In this document: in pieces, positions 9,801 to 20,180 of the stretch
How the letters are laid out: every line of letters begins with the position of its first letter
How positions within the stretch are numbered: position 1 is the first letter of the stretch
Assembly: GCA_050575255.1 (NCBI GenBank)
Contig: JBNZDD010013686.1
Location: forward strand, 2,756,293-2,820,292
Source: Harriotta raleighana
Taxonomy: Eukaryota
Length of the DNA: 64,000 nucleotides
Direction: 5' to 3'
Made by a program: the position numbers and the translations under genes
Notes under the pieces: model-generated
Databases searched by the model: none
Told to the model about the DNA's origin: nothing
Seen by the model: only the letters and a program-made list of their open reading frames with translations

Positions 9801-12635
9801 CATTTATCTTTACTGCACAGATTTGATTTGATTCCAAAAAATGTTTTAAAAGCATTTATTTCCGTACCTTTAAGAATCATTTCAGGTTTTAGTGCTCTCA
9901 AATGTTCAATTTCCTTATTTATGTCACAGTGCACAGCTTCTGAGAAAACATAAGAAAATACTAAGTTATATTCATCTCGACAAAGGAAGACATAAACCTG
10001 ACTTTCCACAAATGTTCCTGGTCAAACTTCAGTTAGGTTACATAATAAAAAAAAAGTGCTTTCCTTCCAATTTATACACACCATCTGTTTCCATTTGCTC
10101 TAGCGTTTGTATTATTACTTTCAGTGCTTCATGATAATTTTCAGGTAAAGAATTGCCATTGAACTTTTTGGACATGTTAATTCCTGGAAAAAAATAAGAG
10201 TTACTTAAGAAAATAAAAATATAACTCCACATGCATTTATTAACAAACTTGTGTAATGTTTCCTCCCCATGCAAGATTTAAATTCACTGGTTCACAAAGA
10301 AATATGGAGTATTCCATATTTCGTCTTCAGATTATGTCTCAGCAAAAACATAATAATGTACAACATTTTAATACAAATTGCAATATTCATTTCACACCTA
10401 GAGGGGGGCAGAATAATGTTCATTCAATAAAGATCTAACCAATCCATACAGAAAATGTTCCTGGGAGTACAGTCTTCAATGTCATTTTACAAGAGAATCT
10501 GAGATGGCTTTCCTTTTTCACAGTCCCCGTTCTTTATTTCGGATATGATAATTACATTGTGATTGACTTTATTCCAACTATATTAAGGCTGTTTCATTCA
10601 TCAATATTTTAGATTCTCCTTAGTTTGTATAATATATGATTCAGCATTTTGAGACGAGACAAAATAAACAATTTTCTAATCAGTAAGATGATACTTACTG
10701 CACTCATTTTCTATTCTTTCCAATATTTCCTTTATCGTTTTGTTAACATTCTCTATTACTTCAACTTCTTCAGCCTCCCAATCAGGATCATTATCTATAA
10801 AAGAAAGTGTTTTCATAATTGGAACATAGCTATAAGTTAATACTCTTTGAATGTATTCAATATCTTTATTAAATAACTAAAACAAATTAAAATGACTGAC
10901 TTTCTGTTTACTCTACATCCTGAAGAGTTGACCAACAAATGGAACACAATNCACATCCTGAAGAGTTGACTAACAAATGGAACACAATTTAATCATTGAA
11001 CTTTTAAAAAAAAGCTTGTATTTGATATACCGCTTTTACATATTTGGATCAGTTGTTNGTATTCAATATCTTTATTAAATAACTAAAACAAATTAAAATG
11101 ACTGACTTTCTGTTTACTCTACATCCTGAAGAGTTGACCAACAAATGGAACACAATTTAATCATTGAACTTTTTTAAAAAAGCTTGTATTTGATATACCG
11201 CTTTTACATATTTGGATCAGTTGTTCTCCCCTCCTTGCTCTTGACGAAGGTGAGTGTAGGTCTATGTTATCACTGACATTTCCTTCATTTATACACATAT
11301 ATACATATTTGTTTTAACCCCTATAATCATACTTGAGCCTCTGAGAACTTAATCATGCTAAGACTTATAACCAATCTGGAATGAATAATGTATCATCTAA
11401 TGTCAGATGTTCTTGAGATTTTGCTTGATTTGCATTTTGGGGACATTCAAAAAACTACAAAATGCTTCAGTTGGTTAGATGGGCCAGATAGAGCAGAGTA
11501 CACTGTTTCTGTGAAATGAATGGGCTTGTTGGCTCCTTGGATTTTGCTCTTTTATTCTTTCCTTTCATAACTGCTTGTTAGAGGGGGTTAATAAGTTTCA
11601 AATTGAAGTGATCCACAAAAACATTCTACTTCCTTGTGTAAGTAAAGATCATTCAGGGTTAAAGAGTAACAGGTCTGATTATGGGCAACAGCAATAACAA
11701 CTTGCATTTATATAGCGCCCCTCATGCAGAATAGAGTCCCAGAGTTGGAAGCAATCTTGACCAAAGGATTTAGGATTTTCTAAAATACTGTACATTGGAA
11801 TCATTGTCATTGAAGACTCAGGGAGAGTTTAGGAAAATCAGACATAATTCCTGGGGATAATACAAAAAACATATGCAGGAAATATTTTTATGCTTGCCAT
11901 TACTATTGGAGTCAGACTTAAATCATCTTTTTTATTTTTTCACCCACGAATCCACGGTACAATACACAATATTCTGTGAAGCCCTCGGAGATGTCTCAGC
12001 GATGTTTCAAGACGCTATCTCAAATGCAAATGCAAGGATTGTTATCATTATTTTCAGTATTGATAAGTAATACAGGGAAATAAAGACTTTGCACTAGTCT
12101 CTCACCACCCAGTGAATCAGCAACGTCTTCTTCAAATTCCACTATATCCTCATCCCCATCATAAAACTCAGGAGAAGATCTTGGGAATCCTGGAAAGAAT
12201 TAAATCGATGACAGGCGGTTGGTTAAGTTGGGTTATCTACATATTGGACAAATGAGTTTTTGTTTGTACACAAGACGTTTCTTAGAAGTGGAGGGCATCT
12301 CTCTCTCTCTCTATCTCTCTCTCAATCAATCTCTCAATCAATCTCTCTCTATCAATCTCTCCATCAATCTCTNAATCAATCTCTCAATCAATCTCTCCAT
12401 CAATCTCTCCCATCAATCTCTATCTGTATATCAAAANTCTCTCAATCAATCTCTCAATCAATCTCTCTCTATCAATCTCTCCATCAATCTCTCCCATCAA
12501 TCTCTATCTGTATATCAAAATACAACACGACCTACTTCTCCATGGGGAACCCACAAGAGGCTCGGCATTGGCTCTGTCGTGAATGTGTCCCGTGAACAGC
12601 AGCAGAAGGGTGGCAAGAAGCGGGTTACAAGTCAT
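970..12635 (-). CDS. Spliced gene with 12 coding exons: join(12635-12536,12189-12106,10794-10699,10183-10082,9939-9868,9539-9408,8739-8557,7776-7687,6281-6201,5612-5577,5141-4973,3889-970); 1354-aa uncharacterised type-I single-pass membrane protein with a long Ser/Pro/His-rich cytoplasmic tail
   Basis: All 11 introns are GT..AG with matching phases (ten phase 1, last phase 2). Exon lengths sum to 4065 nt with no internal stop. Signal peptide, TM helix and positive-inside basic stretch occur in the correct order. In-frame TGA 9 nt upstream of the ATG; AATAAA downstream of the stop. Additional small exons could have been missed. Confidence 0.8.
4051..4348 (-). mobile_element. Full-length tRNA-derived SINE (family A) with L2-type 3' tail
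   Basis: Head TGTAGCTCAGTGGTTAG (A box), GGTTCGATTCC (B box), tail ..GTGAAAAGCACTATATCAAATGCAAGGATTATTATT; homologous copies elsewhere in the window. Confidence 0.85.
4973..5141 (-). CDS. Coding exon 11, transmembrane exon (G)[55 protein letters not shown]
   Basis: Acceptor tgtgttttcttag|, donor AA|GTAAGT, 169 nt, phase 1 to 2; 25-residue hydrophobic helix (~5067-4993) followed by basic residues. Confidence 0.85.
5577..5612 (-). CDS. Coding exon 10, 36-nt micro-exon (G)[11 protein letters not shown]
   Basis: Acceptor gtaaattgcag|, donor AAG|GTAAAG, phase 1-1; short enough that a chance match is possible. Confidence 0.55.
6201..6281 (-). CDS. Coding exon 9 (G)[26 protein letters not shown]
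   Basis: Acceptor atacattgcag|, donor CAG|GTAAGA, 81 nt, phase 1-1. Confidence 0.75.
7091..7401 (-). mobile_element. Full-length SINE family A
   Basis: Same A/B boxes, body and (TAT)n tail as 4051-4348. Confidence 0.85.
7687..7776 (-). CDS. Coding exon 8 (G)[29 protein letters not shown]
   Basis: Acceptor ttgaaacag|, donor AAG|GTTAGT, 90 nt, phase 1-1. Confidence 0.7.
8557..8739 (-). CDS. Coding exon 7 (A)[60 protein letters not shown]
   Basis: Weak acceptor tctatttaaag|, donor TTG|GTTAGA, 183 nt open, phase 1-1. Confidence 0.65.
9408..9539 (-). CDS. Coding exon 6 (D)[43 protein letters not shown]
   Basis: Acceptor gtatttttcag|, donor CAG|GTTAGA, 132 nt, phase 1-1. Confidence 0.8.
9868..9939 (-). 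CDS. Coding exon 5 (E)[23 protein letters not shown]
   Basis: Acceptor tatgttttctcag|, donor AAG|GTACGG, 72 nt, phase 1-1. Confidence 0.75.
10082..10183 (-). CDS. Coding exon 4 (R)[33 protein letters not shown]
   Basis: Acceptor tatttttttccag|, weaker donor G|GTGTGT, 102 nt, phase 1-1. Confidence 0.7.
10699..10794 (-). CDS. Coding exon 3 (D)[31 protein letters not shown]
   Basis: Acceptor ctttcttttatag|, donor A|GTAAGT, 96 nt, phase 1-1. Confidence 0.8.
10853..11225. other. N-delimited near-identical duplication, likely an assembly artefact
   Basis: The same ~170-bp sequence is repeated across Ns at 10951 and 11058 with only a few differences. Confidence 0.8.
12106..12189 (-). CDS. Coding exon 2 (R)[27 protein letters not shown]
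   Basis: Acceptor ttaattctttccag|, donor G|GTGAGA, 84 nt, phase 1-1, open. Confidence 0.8.
12298..12520. repeat. Compound micro/minisatellite (CT)n/(ATCAATCTCTC)n in intron 1, containing two N gaps
   Basis: Direct inspection; N at 12373 and 12437. Confidence 0.9.
12536..12635 (-). CDS. Coding exon 1: signal peptide [24 protein letters not shown] / EPLVGSPWR
   Basis: ATG at 12635, hydrophobic core [12 protein letters not shown] cleavage motif, donor A|GTAGGT (phase 1), in-frame TGA at 12644-12642. Confidence 0.75.
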
Positions 12636-12639
12636 GGAA

Positions 12640-12850
12640 AATCATGGGAACAAGCCACAGCGGGCAGCCAGCTGGCGTGGGGGCCGCTATTGGGAAATGA
12701 GGAGCCTTGGGTGGTGGTGGGGGTGGGGGGGGTCACCAGCCCTTTGCCCCCAAAGCATCTCCTGCCCGAAGCGCCACTAGGCAACACCATTGTGACGCCC
12801 AGTCACCGAGGCTATTGTCCATCACTGACCTCACACTGATTCCCGTGTGC
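12640..12850 (-). promoter_or_regulatory. Putative proximal promoter/5' region: locally GC/CpG-rich, with an RFX X-box-like site and CRE-like sites
   Basis: GCCACTAGGCAAC 12773-12785, TGTGACG 12791-12797 and TGACCTCA 12826-12833, directly upstream of coding exon 1. Confidence 0.4.
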
Positions 12851-12878
12851 AGCCTTATCTCAACACACTCAGCTGCAA

Positions 12879-12888
12879 TACACACACA

Positions 12889-12919
<31 letters not shown>

Positions 12920-13040
12920 TCCCTACTCGCTGCTCCCCTCCTATACACCTCCATCATCCACCCACTCCCTCTATCCTCCACCCACTATTTATTTGCAATG
13001 CAAATATCTCTCTATCTCTCTCTCTATATATATATATATC
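12879..13040. repeat. (CA)n/(CT)n/(TA)n microsatellite patches
   Basis: Direct inspection. Confidence 0.85.
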
Positions 13041-16000
13041 TATGGACACATACAGAGATGAACAAAAACAAACATGTCCCCATCCACTCATCTTGGTTAC
13101 TTTTTCGTGTTGTTGTTGGTGGTGGTCCAAGGCTAATTCATAAACTTAATAGATTAATAAACTTCCATCTCTTTCCAACCACATGAGAGATGCTATCCCA
13201 CACCATCTCCTCCCTCTTTCCTGTCCCTCCTCCCCCTCCCCTCCTTCCCTATAAGAAAGCTCAGGAGAAAGAACCGTTCTCTCCACCTAGGACGTGTTTG
13301 CAAGCAATTCTAGCTCGAAACCACCCAATCCATTTAAACTCCTGACCGCAATTTTGTTGTTTCCTCCCCCCCCAAAAAGCACTTTATAAGTAACTTTACA
13401 GTTCAAAATTATATATTCTTATGGTACATTATCAATTTTGTGAAGTTTAGAAACAATTACACTGTTAATATTTGGGGCCAGAGTTCTAGAAAGACTTTAT
13501 TTCTGGCTTGTTTCTTTCTGTTCCAAACTATTATCAGCTGGAATGTTTCCTCTTTCAGCTGTGACTGAATGAGATATAGACTTCCACTGTCAATTAATTC
13601 TGAACTTGTTCTTTTTAAAAAAAAGAAAAACAGCTATTTGGTTGATTCTATTCCCTGTATTTCTCCCTTTCTATCTCTCTCTTTCTCTGGCGAAAGTTTT
13701 TCCTATTTTTCTTTTTGTTTCTCGTTGCTTTTCTTTTGCAACCTCTTTGATTTTCTCACCATGTCATTTCTTGGCCTAAGGTTTTCTTTTTTGGCTCTCC
13801 ATTCTGTTGTGCAAAACACCATCAATGTTGTAATATGTTATGATACGAATAATGAATATGAATAATATTTTAGAAACCACGCCAGAAAGTGGGGAAAAAC
13901 TCACCTTCTCATCTCCGTTACATTGTATATTTGGAGAGGAAAGTTGTCAGACATCAGCAGATGTTGTTGGTCAGTCTGGTGTCTGAGAGAAACTTATCAC
14001 CAGGTTTAAGAGCATCCAAACTAAACTCAGATTTCCGTCCGTCCCATTCTTTGAGCCTCAATGTGAAGAATTAAATTGACCTGACCCTTAACTGGGTTAT
14101 AAATCAACATCATCTCACTACAATAAACAATACGCATAAGTTACTGAATGTAATTTTGTTGTTGTTCTTGTTGCAATAAAGATCATGTGTGAGAATTTTC
14201 TTTACAGAAGTGCTCACTGAACATTACACCAGAGGGAGCTCTTGGCTTGGTTAGGGACTCCAACTTTCCATGAGGACAGCTGTTCTATTTGACATTTATA
14301 GGTTTTATACTAGATTTTTCCTCATAGAGGCAATAGTCGTGTGGTGTGAAAATCTCAGCATAGAACTATCTAAATGAGGTAGTCTACCAATGGATTAATG
14401 TTATGTCAGTTACAACCAAACATCTGGAGTGAAAACAACAGCCCATAATACAAAGTGTGTCATGATGTTATGACATGAGAAAGAATGGGATGGTACTGCT
14501 CTTTCACCTCTGAGTTTGAATCCTGTCCACACTAATGGAATAAAACACCTCTCTGTCTCTCTCCTAGCTGTAAGGAACCTACTTGAAATGAATTTGGCTG
14601 TCAACACAGTTCCTAGTGAATGCAGGCCTACAGCAGAAAACTGACCATAATGTAATACAATTTGGCAATCTCACTTAGGCACACCAAAGGAATGGCTGTG
14701 TGGGAAGTCAAAAAAAATCATATTGATGCAATATTGCTGCTTTTCTAAGATTGAGGCTAAGGTTCACTTTTGAGGAGTAATAGAGAGAACTTTGCTTCCA
14801 ATCTGTGCAAAAAAAATTGGAAATTATGTAATTTGTTTGAGTGTAACAGCAGGGAGACAAATTGAAGTTGAAAAAATAGATAATAATAATCCTTGCATTT
14901 GATACAGTGGCTTATCACAACATTTAAAAAAAATGTAAACCTTATAAAGTACAATAACAAAATAAGAGATAAAGCAGTTAGATTTAGAATATTTGGGGTA
15001 TTGATGGATGAAATATGATTCAAAGTAGATAAGTATTTTTTATTTAAAACAAAGTGAAAATAAATGTCAGAAATGCTTCAAACTGTTTTTTCTTGGCACA
15101 GAAGTTCCTTACTTTAAACTTGTTTTGTATTTTCATCAATCATCACAGATTGCAAGATGAAACTTAGTTTGAAGCAAAGAACCTGAAAATTAGCAAGGAC
15201 GAGCTAGTAATATGCGGATATTGATATGAGGCTGAAATGCATGCTATGTAAGATGATCCATTGCTGAAGGTAAAATTAAACATGTGTCTAGTGTTCTCTC
15301 TCCTGTATCCTCTTTCAATATCGTGGGTTGACATAGACTAAAACAGATCGATTTGAAAGGTGCTGGGTTTGCATTCTGGATTGTGGCTTAGACTCCTGCC
15401 AACAATCGACACATCTTATCAATTATTCATTTCCTGAAATATTTCCAGGAGCCAAAAATAATCTTGAACTGAATCATTGTAGTTTATAGGAATAAAATAC
15501 AATGCATTTGATTCCCAAATTCCATGTACGTTTGTGAAAATCATGTTCCTGTAAATTACACATTTTTGCAAATATGAAATACAGTACTATGTTCCTGTAA
15601 CCTGTAGTTGCTGAAATTAATTGAATGTTTATTAACAATCACTTATTATTTTCTGTATTTTATTTATCCTGATATCATTTTCATTAGTTTTCATGGGCAG
15701 AATTGTGGGCAAGAACTGAGTAATGCTTTATCAAAAGAGGATGAATTAATGACTCATGTAGAAGAGGGTCATTGCCTCAGAAACATTTTAGAATTAAGCA
15801 CATACATATCTGTGGATGAGTACAGCACATGTAATGCAAATCTGAGATTTGGTTTTGTATACTTTTAATATCCAGAATCCTCATTATAATAAAAAAAAGT
15901 ACTATAAGGTTTTCTCTTTCGTTTAATGTACATTTTGTCCGATAAAAATACTTTGCTCCAAATAATACATTTATCCATTTAACTTCCACCCTTTTACTAA

Positions 16001-16901
16001 AGGCAGAAAGCACCTGAGACCAAAGCCTGTGGCATTAGGATTGAGAATTCCATACCTTCTGTTCCCTCAAGCAATGCCTGCTTTCAAAGCTTGTACATGA
16101 CATGTAGAAAGGGCCATTGCTCTTTCACTGAAAAGAAGAGAATCTCTGTCACACAGCTTCCCATTAGGATGCTCCACTACAGCCCTGTAATCACTACAGG
16201 GAAGCAGAGTTAAAGTGAAGTAGGTCACTTTAGTGTCACACTGGTTTCCATGTAAATGGTGATTAAACAACAATACTTCATAGTAATACTGCCCCTGCTG
16301 CCTTTATTCACAGAAGCACATCTGTAGATAAGACAGCTGAAAGTGTCATGGATGTTAGCAATAAGATTGTAGAATCCATTAGGTTACAATAATCAATCCA
16401 CCTGATGACAAATACAATCTGTATTTATACAATGAAAATAACTATCAAATATATAAAGGCTGAGTCATGGAATAGGGTCGATTTTCTGAAGGTGTGCATA
16501 TGTCTTAGAATGACAGCTTGTTCAGCCATTAAAAGAATGATATCAGACAATAAATTAGATTAGCTGCAAAAGTCTAAGGACATTTTCAATAACTGAATTT
16601 TATTGATCTCACAAATGTCAAATAGCTTTTAACCCATAAAACAATAGTTATGGGGAATAAACAATCATAAAGGAATGCACCAGAAATATAAATCCATTGA
16701 AGTGTTCCAATATTGTTACTGGACGATAATAATAATAATAACAATAATGTCCGATTTTATGAGGTACTCAAAGACTTGGTAGTGCTAGATTACTACTGTT
16801 CAGATTAGAATTAATGACGCATTCAATCTAGAGGGAGAAAATGTCTTTTGACTGCAGAAGAATACAGATGTAAGCAATGGGCTGATGAAGGGATAGAAAT
16901 A

Positions 16902-17128
16902 CAGGCAGTCCTCAAGTTACGTCAGGGTTAGGTTCCTAAGATGTGGTGTAAGTTGAATTTGTATGTAAGTCGAGTCACCCCCTATAATGCTTACAGTATC
17001 ATACAGTGATTGGTTGTAGTGTCGTAACTTCGAGACTTTGGATGTAACTCGGACGTAATTTTACTGATACTAAGCGTCGCAACTTCGAATTGTCGTACTT
17101 CGGAACGTCGTAACTTGAGGACTGCCTG
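16902..17128. mobile_element. Non-autonomous Tc1/mariner-superfamily (Tigger/pogo-like) MITE, 227 bp
   Basis: Perfect 20-bp terminal inverted repeats CAGGCAGTCCTCAAGTTACG (16902-16921 / 17109-17128), flanked by TA on both sides (16900-16901, 17129-17130). Confidence 0.9.
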
Positions 17129-17938
17129 TAATGATAAGAGTACCTTTGTAACTGTATGTGTCAATCTTGCTCATACTGGGTTAGAGTTGCACAGGTGCCA
17201 AACAACTTGTCCAAGCAACTATTCTTCCTGTATAGATCCAGACAATTGTCAGGATATTCAACATTTGAGGCATCAAAGCATAATGATAATAGCGTCTGAT
17301 CTAATTTTCCCTTCATAGCCAAGTTTCAGCAAAATTCATTGCATAGTGACCAGGGGATTTGGGCTAATTTCAGAAAATTATAATTTAGCACTCAGTACTA
17401 TTATGCAGGAGTTAAATTCTGGAGATGCTAAGGAAGGTAGGATTATTGAATCTTTTAAGAGATATTATCCTTTCAACTATTTGAAACCTCAATACGATCA
17501 ATTTGTTGAGGAAAAAGTTGATAGCCTACAACATACTGCACAAGATTCTGCACAATTAAGTTACTATACATATTTGTGCTTCTTTAAACGTAGATTTTAA
17601 TCGGGATTTGTTTGTAGTGAGGTCGATATTCCAAATATATTATTTTTCTGCCTAAGAAAGCCCAAACTCCCTTTACAAGTATAGCATTAACAATGTATTA
17701 CCAGGTCCAGGAGATGGAGCTCTACTATCAGGTAACTTCTTTTTTTTACCCAATGTCTCATTTGCTAAGCATGTTTCTCTTGTTGGATGGTTATCCAGTT
17801 TTCTCTGCAGTCCCATGCCCCAGAAGCCAATATTCATGACCAAGACTAAACTGTGAGGGTTGGCAGATTATTTAGATGTGGAGGGCAGCAGATTAGAGTC
17901 CGACCCTACTTTCCCCTGACATATGTACAGTTCAAGCT

Positions 17939-18576
17939 AACAACAACAACAAGATTGCATTTATAGAGCGCGTTTTACGTCAGGAGGACGTCCCAAGGCG
18001 CTGGACAGTTGGTTTAAGACCCGAACAGGGGGAAATGTTCAGGGCGAGGGTGTGGGAGGGTGGGAGTGAGGAGTGGGTAGAGAGTCGAGAGGGGAGCTGA
18101 AGGCACAGTCGAAGAGAAAGGTCTTGAGACCGGCCTTGAAAGAGGAAAGGGAGGAAGCGAGGCGAAGGCATTGGGGGATAGAGTTCCAGAGCCTAGGGGC
18201 TGAGCGGCTGAAAGCCCGGCCGCCAATGGTAGGACGGTTAGGGCAGGGGATGTGGAGCAGACCAGAGCCAGAGGAACGGAGGGTACGGGCAGGTAGATAG
18301 GGGGATAGTAGGTCGGAGAGGTAGGAGGGAGCAAGGCCGTGAATGGCCTTGTAGGTGAGGATGAGGATCTTGAATTCGATCCTCTGGGGGATGGGGAGCC
18401 AGTGGAGACGGGCGAGGGTGGGAGTGATGTGGTCTCGAAGCCTGGTGCGGGAGAGTACACGAGCTGCAGAGTTCTGGATGACCTGCAGCTTGTGGATGGA
18501 GGAGCCGGGAAGGCCTACGAGGAGAGAGTTCCCATAGTCCAGCCTTGAGGTGATGAAGGCGTGGACTAGTGTTTCA
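17939..18576 (-). mobile_element. Young 5'-truncated L2 LINE (ORF2 C-terminus, 3' UTR and (TGT)n tail)
   Basis: Uninterrupted peptide [59 protein letters not shown], typical of L2 ORF2; 3' stem-loop and TGT repeats. Confidence 0.95.
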
Positions 18577-18649
18577 GGTGACACTAGTACAGTTGAATTT
18601 AAGCGACAGTTTGTAGTGAGACATACGATCGATTTCAAGATCACATACA

Positions 18650-19024
18650 AATTCCTTCATGCCCTATCATCTCCCTATCTGTCTGACCCTTTCGTACCTT
18701 CTGACCCACCCTTCACTTAGCTGGCTGTGCATCCCCCAACTTTTCTATCCCCCCACCCACAGTGCACCCTGATCTTTTAGGAACTCCCTGCCTCAATCCT
18801 TCCGCTTTGCGTTCTTTACCAATCTTTAAATTGTATCTAATCACTTTCATCTTCGACCACATCTTTGGTCACTCTCCCCTTTCTCCTTAGCTTGGCTTCA
18901 AATTCCACCATTGTTCAGTAAAGAGAGCTTTATAAATGCACATTGTTTTTGCAGCGCCTTGGGACGTCCTTCCAATGTGAAAGGTGCTCTATAAATGTAA
19001 TTTTGTGTTGTTGCTGTTGTTGTT
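18650..19024 (+). mobile_element. Degraded L2 3' end
   Basis: Decayed ORF2 C-terminus followed by gcgccttgggacgtcc..gtgaaaggtgctctataaatg(ttg)n. Confidence 0.7.
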
Positions 19025-19954
19025 CTGGATAACATTCTTCAATCACGATAACAACAGTCTCTTTTAGTCAAAAAGACATTCTGAACAAGGTCAAATGCCT
19101 CTCTATCATTCATCAACATTAATGTTAATAATGATGGGCAAGGTAAATAGAAATCTGCTCCTTAAATTTTCCTGCAGAAATTGATAAACCTGTTGAAATT
19201 CAATTAAATCTAAAGCATAACAGTTTCCTTCTGTTCGAACAAGGTCAGAACACTTTCCTATGCCACCTTCAAAATGTCTCTTTCGATCACTAAAATAATT
19301 ACACTCCTACGCAGTCACACCATTGGTAAGTGAAGTTAATAGAAAAAAGCATGTGTCTTCGTTTCCTATGACTTGCACTTATGCAATAGTTCTGAAACAA
19401 AGGCAGTTTTGTCATGCAAATGGTTAATTGTGTTAACAATGTTGAATTCCTGGGGTTATATGGTTGCCTAATCTTAGTGGTGGCAGTGAGAGGAAGTGTA
19501 CTGTGTTGTACTTTAAGAGTCTGAGAAATTATTCTATGTGAAGGGTGCTATATAAATGCAAATTGTTGCTGTTGATGAGCTTGCGCGTAATGCTCCTTGC
19601 TATCAAACAGATTGTCAAGGCCCAGAGATGAAGAATTGACATAGAAAAAAAGTTAGCAGAGGACTGTAATTTTCATTCTCTAAGTGGTCAAATATTGCCC
19701 TTCAGGTGATATCGGATCATCTTTGAAATCTTCCCGATGTGAAAGGCACTCCACAATTATAATTGTGTTGTTGTTATTGTTGAAGTTACACTGCTCAGCA
19801 TATTACTCGACATAGAGGCTTTACCCAATGTATTTTCCCAATGCTGTATATATGCTGTATCTCCAGGTTTCACGCAGGATTTAGGGGCAGATGGCATTGA
19901 GAACACCTTGATGACAGTTTCAGTTGCACATTCATTTGTAGCACCCCACTATGA

Positions 19955-20180
19955 ACCCAGCACTGAACTACAACCTTGCAACACAAGAGCAGCTCCGTAG
20001 TATAAAAACAGAACTGCAGCATAAATACAGCAATGTAGTTTCAGCAGAATCGCAGGATAAATCCAGCCCCACAGTATAGACACTGCACAGGCATACAAAC
20101 GCACATGCCACTGCAGTAGAAACCCAACACTGCGGTATAAATGCAGAACTACATACAGCAGAAACACTGCAGCACAAGTT
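19955..20180. repeat. Degenerate ~19-bp minisatellite (consensus about CACTGCAGTATAAACACAG)
   Basis: Recurring cactgca/aactgcag..tataaa..cag units; explains the Cys/Ala-rich spurious ORFs here. Confidence 0.6.

Noticed and set aside
11370-11454. Possible extra exon [27 protein letters not shown] in intron 2
   Set aside because: Phase 0 to 2 is incompatible with the flanking phase-1 introns, and the donor (GTTATA) is poor.
12219-13186. ORFs of 206, 159 and 111 aa on the + strand
   Set aside because: They are translations of microsatellites and the antisense of coding exon 1.
15608-17600. + strand ORFs 15608-15868 and 17346-17600 with protein-like composition
   Set aside because: No recognisable motif, and I could not build a consistent chain of spliced exons.
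18014-18650. 203-aa and 148-aa ORFs as possible host genes
   Set aside because: They are an L2 ORF2 fragment and its alternative frames; the N-terminal part runs into unrelated flank.
19955-20180. Regularly spaced short repeats as a possible CRISPR-like array
   Set aside because: Degenerate tandem units without unique spacers, in vertebrate DNA: a minisatellite.
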